Of a stretch of 32,387 nucleotides of DNA, positions 8,312 to 17,435 are shown one piece after another (the stretch's first letter is position 1; the number at the start of each line of letters is the position of its first letter). The translations under genes and the position numbers were made by a program. The stretch is from a virus (Duplodnaviria > Caudoviricetes), in IMG/VR virus record IMGVR_UViG_3300020045_002987, positions 1-32,387 of that record. One strand, 5' to 3'. The notes beneath the pieces were generated by a model. It ran no database searches and was not told where the DNA came from. It was given only the letters and a program-made list of their open reading frames with translations.

Positions 8312-8477
8312 ACCGACGATGGCTATGGTTCTGGCAGAAGTCCGCATGCTGCGGGAGAAGTTCGACTTTCTGGTGTCGCTGCTGGTGGACGACCCGGAAG
8401 CAGATGACCAAGAGCCGGCCTTGACGCTCGATGGGGACACCGTCCCGATGGAGCGCGACCAGTCGCAGCCGCTGTAA
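8304..8477 (+). CDS. Small acidic hypothetical protein (57 aa)
   Basis: Start overlaps the methyltransferase stop; TAATG coupling to the next gene. Confidence 0.65.
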   Translation: MGEPTMAMVLAEVRMLREKFDFLVSLLVDDPEADDQEPALTLDGDTVPMERDQSQPL

Positions 8478-8971
8478 TGGCAGAGGTTCGAATCACTGGA
8501 CTTGACGGCGTGCTAGCCACGCTCAAAAGCTTGCCGCCTGAGATTGTCAGCAAGCGCGGTGGGCCTGTGCGTGCGGCTCTGCGTAAAGCCGCTGTCGTCA
8601 TCCAGAAGCAAGAGATTGCGAACCTGTTGGCGGCTACCTCCAACGCCCCCAGTTACTCTACCGGCCTGCTCGCCAAGAACATCGTTGTTACCCGGGGCAA
8701 GGCGCCATTCAGCGGCAATGGTGAACGCTACCTGGTCCGGGTGAAACGCCGCACGTACCCGCGCGAAGCTGGGCAGAAGGGCAAGCCCGTGACCACGCTC
8801 GCAACCGCCAACCTTCTGGAATACGGCTCAAGCACGCAGCCGGCAGAGCCATTCATTCGTCCCGCCGTTATGGCAAAGGGGCAACAGGCCGTCGATACCT
8901 TCGTGTCGTCTCTGAACAAAAGCATTGCCAGCATCGTTAAGAAGCTGGCAGCAAAGAACAAAGGTAAGTGA
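8477..8971 (+). CDS. HK97 gp10-family tail completion/neck protein
   Basis: ITGLDGVLATLKSL, ALRKAA, TGLLAKNI, LEYGSSTQPAEPFIRPA. Confidence 0.9.
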   Translation: MAEVRITGLDGVLATLKSLPPEIVSKRGGPVRAALRKAAVVIQKQEIANLLAATSNAPSYSTGLLAKNIVVTRGKAPFSGNGERYLVRVKRRTYPREAGQKGKPVTTLATANLLEYGSSTQPAEPFIRPAVMAKGQQAVDTFVSSLNKSIASIVKKLAAKNKGK

Positions 8972-9333
8972 TGTTGCCCCCCGTCTATCAGCGACTCATG
9001 GCAACGCCTGTGGCCGCGCTCACTGGTGGCCGCATCTACCGCCATGGATCAGCCCCGCAAGACGTGGCCCGCCCGTACATCACCTGGGCGCTGATCGCTG
9101 GCACGCCTCAGAATACCTTGAGCGAGACGCCTGGCGTTGACCAGATGTCCATCCAGGTGGACTGCTGGGCGCTCGGTGACGCGGAAGTGGATACGCTTGC
9201 AACCGCTGTGCGGGATGCGATCGAGCCAATCGCGCACATGACATCGATTCCCATTGACTCGCAAGAGACCGATACCAAGCTGTATCGGATGACATTACAA
9301 TTCGACTGGTGGCTATATCGTCCGGGGCCTTAA
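8971..9333 (+). CDS. Tail terminator (DUF3168-like)
   Basis: GRIY...APQ...PYITW, IQVDCWA, LYRMTLQF; position before the tail tube gene. Confidence 0.85.
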   Translation: MLPPVYQRLMATPVAALTGGRIYRHGSAPQDVARPYITWALIAGTPQNTLSETPGVDQMSIQVDCWALGDAEVDTLATAVRDAIEPIAHMTSIPIDSQETDTKLYRMTLQFDWWLYRPGP

Positions 9334-9360
9334 CCGGTCACAACTTTTGGAGATTCTGTT

Positions 9361-9855
9361 ATGACCGTTGGAACCATCAAGACCCAAGGTACGGAGCTGT
9401 TCTTTACGAATCCGCTCACGACCGCTGCCGACATTCTAAAAGTCGCATGCCCCACCGGCATCAGCGGGTTGGGCGGTGCGGCTGACCAGATCGACGACAC
9501 CTGCCTCGACGGCACGGAACGCACGTTCAAAGCCGGCCTGAAGAACCCGGGCCAGATCACCATCCCAATCAACTTCATCCCGTCCAGCCCGAGCCACCAA
9601 GCACTGCTGTCGATGTTCCAAGGCGGCCAAATGGCTAACTGGCTCATCGCTCTGAGCAACGGCACTACGGCGCCAACGGTGGTGAACTCAGCTGGCCTGA
9701 TCGTTCCCCCGGCCAACCGAGCCTCGATTCGGTTTGACGGCTACGTGGCCGACTTCAACCTCGACATTGCCACGAACGAAATCGTTCGCGCAACGCTGAC
9801 CATCCAACGCTCGGGCGCGATCTTCCCGACCTACACCGGCCCCATCCCGGCCTAA
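9361..9855 (+). CDS. Major tail tube protein
   Basis: GGAG RBS; KTQGTELF, GLGGAADQIDDTCLD, GLKNPGQIT, FDGYV, TLTIQRSG. Confidence 0.9.
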   Translation: MTVGTIKTQGTELFFTNPLTTAADILKVACPTGISGLGGAADQIDDTCLDGTERTFKAGLKNPGQITIPINFIPSSPSHQALLSMFQGGQMANWLIALSNGTTAPTVVNSAGLIVPPANRASIRFDGYVADFNLDIATNEIVRATLTIQRSGAIFPTYTGPIPA

Positions 9856-9858
9856 ACC

Positions 9859-10182
9859 ATGTCGCTCCCTGACTCGCTGTTCACCAGCTCCAGCGTCCAT
9901 GCGCGAGAAGTCACGCTGGGCGATGGTTCCAAACACGTCCTGCACTTCAAGGAACTGCCTGCCACCAAGTTCGCGGCCTACCATGAGGCGCGAGCATCTA
10001 CCGATGAGGAAGTTCGCCAGGGCAGCATTGCGCGGCTGATTGCCTTCTCGGTGGTGGAGGCTGACGGCTCACCCGCGCTCGACTATGAGCGAGCCTTGCA
10101 GATCAAGCCGGGCCCGGCGAACGAGATGATGGCGCACATTCTTGAGGTCAACGGGTACGGTGACAGCGCAAAAAAAGGCTGA
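9859..10182 (+). CDS. Tail assembly chaperone (lambda gpG analogue)
   Basis: Lies between tube and tape measure genes; ends at a slippery A-run. Confidence 0.85.
   Translation: MSLPDSLFTSSSVHAREVTLGDGSKHVLHFKELPATKFAAYHEARASTDEEVRQGSIARLIAFSVVEADGSPALDYERALQIKPGPANEMMAHILEVNGYGDSAKKG
10170..10176 (+). other. Programmed -1 ribosomal frameshift site
   Basis: GCA AAA AAA GGC TGA gives an A_AAA_AAA heptamer; the -1 frame is open to 10496. Confidence 0.85.
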
Positions 10183-10496
10183 CCGCTGGCACATCGGACT
10201 GGTTCTGGTTCGTGCTGGCGATGCGGCTGGGTAAGACGGTAACGGAACTTCGCTTGACCATGCCAATGTCGGAGTTCAACGGGTGGCTTCGATTCCATCA
10301 GTTGAACCCGATTGACGATCTTCATACCTACCACCGCCCGGCAGCACTCATCGCGCAGTGCATCGGCGGTGGGAAGATTGAAGACAAGATTGCATGGCTA
10401 CAGCCGCCGCCGGCTGAGAAGGTGCCGGAGGGTTACAGCGAAGTTGATATGAGTTTCTTCAAGGCGTTTGGCCTGAAGCCACCGGGGATTGAATAA
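10176..10496 (+). CDS. Tail assembly chaperone frameshift extension (gpT analogue)
   Basis: -1 frame reads RLTAGTSDWFWFVLAMRLGKTVTELR...EFNGW..F...P; no clear RBS of its own. Confidence 0.8.
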   Translation, partial: RLTAGTSDWFWFVLAMRLGKTVTELRLTMPMSEFNGWLRFHQLNPIDDLHTYHRPAALIAQCIGGGKIEDKIAWLQPPPAEKVPEGYSEVDMSFFKAFGLKPPGIE

Positions 10497-12418
10497 TGGC
10501 AGCAGGATCAGTCGTCGTCGAGCTACTCGCAAAAACCGGCAGCTTTGTTTCCGACATCGACCGAGCCGCAAAGAATGCGGAAAAGTCCATAAAGGACATG
10601 CGCAAAAGGATTACGGAATCATTTGCCGGCAATCTTTTGAACGATGTTTTCCAAAATCTGACAGCCACTCTGGCAAAGCTGCCGGGACAAATTTTAGATG
10701 GCATCGACGCGCTGAACGATGTGGCAGACGCCACGGGCGCCAGCATCGAGAACATCAGTGCGCTTGAGGATGTGGCAGTGCGTACGGGTGCCTCGCTCGA
10801 TACAGTGTCGTCCACCCTGGTCAAGTTCAATAACGTTCTGAAGGAAGCGGACGGCAAGAACGGCGCTTCGCTGGCGTTGGAACAGATCGGCCTGAACGCA
10901 GAGGAACTCAAGCGGATTGACCCGGCCGAAGCCCTGCGGCAAACCGCTGTCGCGCTGTCTCAGTTCGCCGACGACGGGAACAAGGCCCGCATCATCCAAG
11001 AACTGTTCGGCAAGTCTGTGAAGGAAGCCGCGCCGTTCCTGAAAGACCTGGCAGAACAAGGCCAGTTGAATGCCAAGGTGACCGCAGAGCAGGCGGCCGA
11101 AGCGGAGCGCTTCAATAAGTCGCTGTTCGATCTGCAAAAGAACGTCATCGACATCGCCCGCGACATCTCAGGCCCTCTGGTCAAATCGCTGAACGAAGTC
11201 ATCCAGTTGTTCAAGGATGGACGCGCGGCCGGAAAGAGCTTCCTTGATATCGGCCTGGACAACTACGCGAAGAACGTGCGCGAGTTCTACGGTATGAAGC
11301 AGCCTTCGCAGGGCGGTGCGACGGGGAGCTGGGGTGAACCTGTGCCCGATCCGCCTAAGCCTTCCTTGCGCGCCCCTGCCTTGCCTGGGGCCAACAGCAC
11401 GGACGAAGTAAAGGCGCTTGCTAAGGCAGAAGCCGACCGCCAGAAGGCGCTGGACGACGGCGCCAAGCGGACCCAGCAGAACTTCGCTAGCTACCTCGAC
11501 AACCTGAAGCGTCAGCAAGAACAGCTTCAGGAACTGACAGCACTTGAGAAGCTGAATGCAGACGTGAAGGCCGGCAAGCTGGCTGACCTGAGCGCGACCC
11601 AAATCAAGGTGTTGGCAGGCGAGGCGAAGCAGCTTGACGCGATGAAGGCGCAAGAGGAAGCCAACAAAGCTGCGCTCGATCTGACGAACAAGATCATTGA
11701 GGCCAACCAGAAACTGTCGGAAGAAGGCGCCGCAGTCTTCGACAAGACGCGCACGCCGCTTGAGTTGTACTTGAAAGAGCTGGAGCGTCTGAACGGACTG
11801 TTGACCGGCGGCAAGATCACGCAAGACACCTTCACCCGCGCCACTCAGCAAGCCGGAGATGCCTTCGTGCAGGCCGGCGAGAAGATCGATGAAACCGGCA
11901 AGAAGGTTTCGACCTTCGCCGACGAAGCCGCGCGCAATATCCAAGACGCGTTGGGCGACACGCTGGAAGACGCACTGTCGGGGAACTTCGACAGCATCGG
12001 CGACATGTGGCTGAAACTGCTTCAGAAGATGGCAGCGCAGGCGCTTGCGGCTCAGTTGAATGAAGCGCTGTTCAGCAACTCCGGCAGTTCAAGTTCGGGT
12101 GGGACGAACTGGCTCAGTTCGCTTTTCTCTGCCTGGTCAGGCTCTGCCAACGGCTCACACGCCAACGGCCTGGACTACGTTCCGTTCGATGGATACAAAG
12201 CGATCCTCCACAAAGGCGAACGAGTGGTGACGGCGGCAGACAACCGGCAGTTTGACAGCGCAGGCGGCGGCATGGGGGCAACGTTTGACTTTAGCGGCAC
12301 CACCTACAATGTGGGATCGAATGTGAGCCTGTCCGATGTCCGCGCGGCGGTTGAACAAGGCAGGCAGCAGACCAAGGCAGAGATTGCCCGCTCACGCAAA
12401 CAAGAGTACGCCCGATGA
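10496..12418 (+). CDS. Tape measure protein (640 aa)
   Basis: GSVVVELLAKTGSF N-terminus, Ala/Leu/Gln helical composition, C-terminal HANGLDYVPFDGY..LHKGERV. Confidence 0.92.
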   Translation: MAAGSVVVELLAKTGSFVSDIDRAAKNAEKSIKDMRKRITESFAGNLLNDVFQNLTATLAKLPGQILDGIDALNDVADATGASIENISALEDVAVRTGASLDTVSSTLVKFNNVLKEADGKNGASLALEQIGLNAEELKRIDPAEALRQTAVALSQFADDGNKARIIQELFGKSVKEAAPFLKDLAEQGQLNAKVTAEQAAEAERFNKSLFDLQKNVIDIARDISGPLVKSLNEVIQLFKDGRAAGKSFLDIGLDNYAKNVREFYGMKQPSQGGATGSWGEPVPDPPKPSLRAPALPGANSTDEVKALAKAEADRQKALDDGAKRTQQNFASYLDNLKRQQEQLQELTALEKLNADVKAGKLADLSATQIKVLAGEAKQLDAMKAQEEANKAALDLTNKIIEANQKLSEEGAAVFDKTRTPLELYLKELERLNGLLTGGKITQDTFTRATQQAGDAFVQAGEKIDETGKKVSTFADEAARNIQDALGDTLEDALSGNFDSIGDMWLKLLQKMAAQALAAQLNEALFSNSGSSSSGGTNWLSSLFSAWSGSANGSHANGLDYVPFDGYKAILHKGERVVTAADNRQFDSAGGGMGATFDFSGTTYNVGSNVSLSDVRAAVEQGRQQTKAEIARSRKQEYAR

Positions 12419-13098
12419 CAACTTACGCTTGGCCCGGTTGGTGCGTGAACCGCTTCGAGATGCGGGTGCGCCCGAACGTGCTGACGTTCACCGGGCCTTA
12501 CACGCCTTCCATTCAGACGCTCGACCTGCTGGGCGAAAGGTGGTATGTCAGTTTCGACACGGTGCCCGGGAACTCGCGGGCAGACGCTGGCGACCGGGAA
12601 GCGTTCTGGGATCGCCTGTTAGGGTCGGTGCATAGGGTGGCGCTGTGGAACCTGGCGCGGCCCCTCCCGCTGGGGACTATGCGCGGGGGTGGGACGGTCA
12701 CTGTCGTCAACGCGTCGCTTGCTACCGTCACCGTGGTTAACGCCTCGCTCCAAGTGGTCACAGTCATCTACGGCAGCCCGTCGCTCGCTGCGGACGCTGC
12801 GCAGGGGGCCAACACCATCGGCATGCGTGGGCAGGCCGGGCGGACTCTGCGCGCTGGCGACATGCTCGGCATTGGGCAACAGCTTGTGCGCGTGGTGGCG
12901 CCGGTCACCTTCGACGGAAGCAGCTTCGCTACCGTGGAGTTCTTGCCCCGGCTTCGGCAGGCCGTTGCGGCCTACACTCCGATCACTTACGACAAGCCAA
13001 CCGCTACCTTTGCGCTGGTGGCAGATGGCGTCCCTGTTGCGCATCGCCCGGCGATGTATGAGGGGCAGACCGTTGAATTCATCGAAACATATATCTAA
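12415..13098 (+). CDS. Distal tail (Dit-like) protein
   Basis: ATGA-coupled immediately after TMP; F.GPYT..QT....GERW, LRAGDM, V.FLPRLR. Confidence 0.7.
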   Translation: MTTYAWPGWCVNRFEMRVRPNVLTFTGPYTPSIQTLDLLGERWYVSFDTVPGNSRADAGDREAFWDRLLGSVHRVALWNLARPLPLGTMRGGGTVTVVNASLATVTVVNASLQVVTVIYGSPSLAADAAQGANTIGMRGQAGRTLRAGDMLGIGQQLVRVVAPVTFDGSSFATVEFLPRLRQAVAAYTPITYDKPTATFALVADGVPVAHRPAMYEGQTVEFIETYI

Positions 13099-13109
13099 GG
13101 AATACCAAC

Positions 13110-13919
13110 ATGGCCCGCCAAGTATTGGGAGCGTTGACTACGCTGAATCTCTCGACGAACCTCGACCCGATGTTTCTGGAGTTGTATAACGCGGCGGGCG
13201 GAAATTTCTCAAGCGTAACAGGGTTTTATATTGGTGGCACTGGCGCGCTTTTGACGGCCCCAAATAGAACTTCTTTTACTGTAAATGGTATTAACGATGC
13301 ACTGGTAGTGCTTGGTGTTGGCAACGTTTCGCAAGCTTATATAGCCGGTACAAGCGGCGGTGTAATGGAGATTTCTGCAAACACCACTGCAAGAATTGTT
13401 ACCAACAATGCGATTAGGTTTTCTGTTAGCTCTACTGGTGTAGTAACTCCCGGGGCAGACAACGCGCAAACCCTGGGCGCCGCGTCCTTGCGCTGGTCCG
13501 TCGTCTACGCCGGAACTGGCACAATCAATACCTCCGACGCCCGCGAGAAAACAGAAGTAGATGCGCTGAACAAAGCGGAGATTGCCGCATCCATTGCACT
13601 CGGCAAAGAAATCGGAGGATTCAAGTTCCTGTCGGCCATCAAAGAGAAGGGCGACGGCGCACGCTTCCACATTGGCATGACGGTGCAACGCGCAATGGAA
13701 GTCATGGATTCGCACGGACTCGACCCGCTTGCCTATGCATTCATCTGCCATGACGCATGGGAAGAAGTGACCACGCCAGAAGAGAAGGACGAAGAAGGCA
13801 AGGTGACCAAGGAAGCCGCCACAACGCCCGCAGGCGATCGATACGGCTTCCGGGCTGACGAACTGGCCTTGTTCATCATGCGTGGGTTGGTAGCCCGCCT
13901 GGACGCACTGGAAGCCTGA
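13110..13919 (+). CDS. Short tail fibre/spike with C-terminal peptidase S74 intramolecular chaperone
   Basis: AAGGA RBS; LG..SLRWSVVYAGTGTINTSDAREK, RFHIGMTVQ, AYAFICHDAW, GDRYGFRADEL. Confidence 0.88.
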   Translation: MARQVLGALTTLNLSTNLDPMFLELYNAAGGNFSSVTGFYIGGTGALLTAPNRTSFTVNGINDALVVLGVGNVSQAYIAGTSGGVMEISANTTARIVTNNAIRFSVSSTGVVTPGADNAQTLGAASLRWSVVYAGTGTINTSDAREKTEVDALNKAEIAASIALGKEIGGFKFLSAIKEKGDGARFHIGMTVQRAMEVMDSHGLDPLAYAFICHDAWEEVTTPEEKDEEGKVTKEAATTPAGDRYGFRADELALFIMRGLVARLDALEA

Positions 13920-14485
13920 TGCGCCTCATTAACGCACCGGCCCTCGCACAGCTCAATGGCGAGAATATGCGCGTGGCGCTGTTGGTGGAAATGCTTCTTT
14001 CCGTTCCGGTGCGTCTGTGTTCTGCCAATGTCACCCTGTCCTATGCCGGTAATCAATATCTCGGGACCGGCGTTCTTGGTTCGGTGAACGAGATTGACGA
14101 CAGTCCAGGCGAATACAAGGGAATGAGCTTCACGCTGTCAGGCGTTGACCTTGGCGTTATCGCAATCGCACTTGCAGAAGATGTCAGGAACAAAACGGTA
14201 ACTGTCAGGATGGCAGTCATCGATGCCTCGTCATACGCCATTCTCGACGCACCAATCATCTGGACGGGAACGATTGACCAGATGCCGGTACAGATGGGCG
14301 ATGGGACTGCATCTGTCACAGTATCCGCAGAACATAGGGGGATTACTTTTGCTCGGGCGAAGCCGACTTTCTATAACAGCGAAGACCAGCTAGCGCGCGA
14401 ACCTGGAGATACTTCAATGAGGTTTATTCAGTCGCAATCTACTAATAATGTTGTGTGGCCTGCTGCTGGATTCTTCAAACAATGA
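13919..14485 (+). CDS. Tail tip/hub protein (gpL/DUF2163-like)
   Basis: YLGTG.LGSV..I, FTLSGV, IWTGTID, DQ..REPGD motifs; position in tail tip module. Confidence 0.7.
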   Translation: MRLINAPALAQLNGENMRVALLVEMLLSVPVRLCSANVTLSYAGNQYLGTGVLGSVNEIDDSPGEYKGMSFTLSGVDLGVIAIALAEDVRNKTVTVRMAVIDASSYAILDAPIIWTGTIDQMPVQMGDGTASVTVSAEHRGITFARAKPTFYNSEDQLAREPGDTSMRFIQSQSTNNVVWPAAGFFKQ

Positions 14486-14886
14486 ACTTGAAATCAGATT
14501 GGCAACAAGCTATCGGTGATTTGTTCATCGAGCGGATTAGCGAGCCATTCAACTGGGGTTTTAACGACTGCGCTTTGTTCGCGGCTGACTGCTTCCGTGC
14601 CGCCACGGGCACCGACCCCGCTGACGGTCTGCGAGGCACATACTCCGACGCGATTGGCGCTGTGCGAGTTATAGACGCACTCGGCGGGCTTGGTGCTATT
14701 GCCTCTCGGCACTGCGGGGCGCCCATTGATCCCGCTATGGCATCCTTCGGTGATATCGGGATCATTAGCAACTCTGGGCGGCCATGCCTCGCCGTATTCG
14801 GCGGGCAATTCTTCCACGCGCCAGGTGCTGACGGTCTGAAAATCTTCCCTGTCGAAACCTGCTTACAGGCTTGGAGCTTGGTCTAA
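14482..14886 (+). CDS. NlpC/P60-like tail tip protein
   Basis: PFNWGFNDCALFAADC...TG.DP...RGTY, GDIG; ATGA overlap. Confidence 0.75.
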   Translation: MNLKSDWQQAIGDLFIERISEPFNWGFNDCALFAADCFRAATGTDPADGLRGTYSDAIGAVRVIDALGGLGAIASRHCGAPIDPAMASFGDIGIISNSGRPCLAVFGGQFFHAPGADGLKIFPVETCLQAWSLV

Positions 14887-14888
14887 AT

Positions 14889-17435
14889 ATGCCCGCAGCT
14901 ATTCCGTTCATTGTTCAAGCCGCAGGAACTTTATTGGCCGCCAACGCGGTGGTTGTTGCGCTGGTCACCATCACCGCAAGCGCACTAGTCGCCAACTATC
15001 AGAAGCGCAAAGCGCAACGATCAGCCCGCGATGCTTACAACGCCTCGCTAGAAGATCGCCTCGTGATGACGCAGACGGCCAACGAGGCTTCTGCTCGTCT
15101 CTACGGGCGCGTCCGCAATGTGGACGGCGTTGTGTTCAAGGGCACATGGGGGGCCAACAGCGAGAACTACACGTTGGTTATTGCCATGGCCCCGCATGAG
15201 ATTGATGGGTTCGAAACCATCTTCTTTAACGATGTGCCTTGTACGCTTGTTTCCGACGGCGCCTCGATGTCTGGTGGGGTTGACGGCGGCGTGGGCTACT
15301 ACGTGACAAATCAGCCTTACGGGAAGCAGGTCGCAGAGTCAGCAACAACCACGATGACCATTAGCGGCGGGTCCGGAACGGTCACGTTCCCCAACCCGGC
15401 CGTGCCAGGTTCTGCGGCTGTCTCAATGGCCCCGGGCGCCGGTGAGCAAGAGGATGGCACTTTCTCCAAGGCCATCACGGTCGCGCCTGACGGTTTGTCA
15501 GGCACTGTTTCAGTGTTCGGCCGTGACGGTGTTGGACAGGTTACCTATCAGGCCCTTTACACCCGGCCGAAAGCCAGGCTGTGGAAGTACAAAGGCGCGC
15601 CAGGTCAGACCTTGTATCCGCTTCTTTCCACGCGGTTCCCGGCTCTTATGACCACGGCTGACAAGTTCGCCGGCCTTGCGTGTATCGTGGTCGAGTTCGC
15701 TTATGACACTGATGTTTTCCCTACGGGCGTTCCTGCCGTGTCGGCCATCATGCGCGGCGCTAAGGTGCTGGACACGCGCACGGGTGTGACAGCGTGGACT
15801 GAAAACCCGGCGATGATTGCTCGGGACTGGGCGCTGTATAAATACGGTGGCGGTATGCGAACGCAGGACCTGAACGAAGCATCGTTCATTGCGGCGGCCA
15901 ATGCTTGCGATGTGTCTACCGTGTTCCCGACTGACACCACGCCAGAGACTCGCCCACTGTTCCAGTGCGGCATTGTCTGCAAGACCGACATTAAGCCCGA
16001 TGACCACTTCGGCGAGATGATCGAGGCCATGGCCGGGCGCTGGGCCTTCAGTGGCGGCCAAATGAAAGTTGTTGCGGGCGTCTACCGTGCGCCAGTTGCG
16101 GCAATCACTGACCTTTGGCTGAGCAACAATGCGAGCGTCATTGTCACGAAGGACCCATCTAAACAAGACTTGGTGAACCACTTCAAGCCGGTCATTTCAA
16201 ACGCTGCTGGATACAACGGCACCGACGCTACCGCCTCTGGGGTTTCTTATACGGCCACCCCTCTGCCATCCGTGCGCAGCTCTACTTTCATTGCCATTGA
16301 TGGCGAGGAATTGACGCGGCAGACAACGATGCTCGGCGTGACGCGAAACGTTCACGCACAGAACATCTGCTCTATCCAGATGCGAGAAATGCGCGATGGA
16401 CTCATGGTGCAGATGACCTGCAACATGCGCGCATATCCGCTTGAAGTTTTCGACGTGGTGACGCTTACGCTGCCTGTGTTCGGCTTCAATGCAAAGCAGT
16501 TTGAAGTTCAGGCATGGCGCTACACCTTGCAGGAAGGCGTGCAACTTGTTCTGAAGGAAACGTCCGCTGCCATCTATTCGGTTTACACCGGAATCGAAAC
16601 GCCGGACCTCGCGCCCAACACCTCCCTGCCGCTTCCGTGGTTTGTGGAACAGGTGACCGGAGTTGCGGTTGTGAGCGGCACAACGACCGAGGATGGCTGG
16701 CCGACAACGCGAGTTGTCGTTTCGTGGGACGCCATCACGAACGAAGCCACTCGGCAATCAGGAACGATTGAAGTCAACTACGCCGAAGCGGAGGGCACCG
16801 CTGGCGCTCCTGTTGTCTGGCAAGAGTGGAAAGAACAGGGGTCATCGACCTCTGCCACAATCACAGGGCTCAAGGCCGGTTCTGCCTACATCTTCCGTGT
16901 GCGCGCGGTTAACTCGCTCGGCGTGGCCGGTAAGTGGAGCGTGCAGAAGGTTCATGTGACGGCGTTCCCTCCGCCCATTGATAGCCCGCAAATTGAACCA
17001 GGGGCGGCAACAGAAATCATTGCCTCTGAGGTCGCAACGCTAACTTGGACAACGCCGACAGGTGACCCGCGAGGCACCCTGGTAAAAACTTTGGCATCCG
17101 TCACCGTGGCTAACCCACTGCTACAGGCAACACCACTGGAGATAACTGCTTCTACAAACTCTCTAGTCACGGGCAATCCGACTTTTGGTCAGACGCCTGG
17201 CTACAGAATCGACATCATTTCAACGGGCGGGGTTGTCATTGCGACATTCCTCGGCGCCATTAAGTACGTATTGCCGTCTCAGGTTTTAAATGACTCTATA
17301 GCCATTGTTTGGCAATACGTACTTCCTGCCGGCCAAACCGTGTCAGTCAATTTCTACATGAACGGTGCCGACTCTACAGCAGCACCCGTCAATGCAACAA
17401 ACATTAGTTTGCGTGTAGCAAAGATCAACCGATGA
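14889..17435 (+). CDS. Central tail fibre / tip attachment protein (gpJ-like) with fibronectin type III domain
   Basis: LYGRVR, HEIDGFETIFFND, RGAKVLDTR, WTENPA, AANACD, ITGLKAGSAYIFRVRAVNSLG..GKWS. Confidence 0.88.
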   Translation: MPAAIPFIVQAAGTLLAANAVVVALVTITASALVANYQKRKAQRSARDAYNASLEDRLVMTQTANEASARLYGRVRNVDGVVFKGTWGANSENYTLVIAMAPHEIDGFETIFFNDVPCTLVSDGASMSGGVDGGVGYYVTNQPYGKQVAESATTTMTISGGSGTVTFPNPAVPGSAAVSMAPGAGEQEDGTFSKAITVAPDGLSGTVSVFGRDGVGQVTYQALYTRPKARLWKYKGAPGQTLYPLLSTRFPALMTTADKFAGLACIVVEFAYDTDVFPTGVPAVSAIMRGAKVLDTRTGVTAWTENPAMIARDWALYKYGGGMRTQDLNEASFIAAANACDVSTVFPTDTTPETRPLFQCGIVCKTDIKPDDHFGEMIEAMAGRWAFSGGQMKVVAGVYRAPVAAITDLWLSNNASVIVTKDPSKQDLVNHFKPVISNAAGYNGTDATASGVSYTATPLPSVRSSTFIAIDGEELTRQTTMLGVTRNVHAQNICSIQMREMRDGLMVQMTCNMRAYPLEVFDVVTLTLPVFGFNAKQFEVQAWRYTLQEGVQLVLKETSAAIYSVYTGIETPDLAPNTSLPLPWFVEQVTGVAVVSGTTTEDGWPTTRVVVSWDAITNEATRQSGTIEVNYAEAEGTAGAPVVWQEWKEQGSSTSATITGLKAGSAYIFRVRAVNSLGVAGKWSVQKVHVTAFPPPIDSPQIEPGAATEIIASEVATLTWTTPTGDPRGTLVKTLASVTVANPLLQATPLEITASTNSLVTGNPTFGQTPGYRIDIISTGGVVIATFLGAIKYVLPSQVLNDSIAIVWQYVLPAGQTVSVNFYMNGADSTAAPVNATNISLRVAKINR

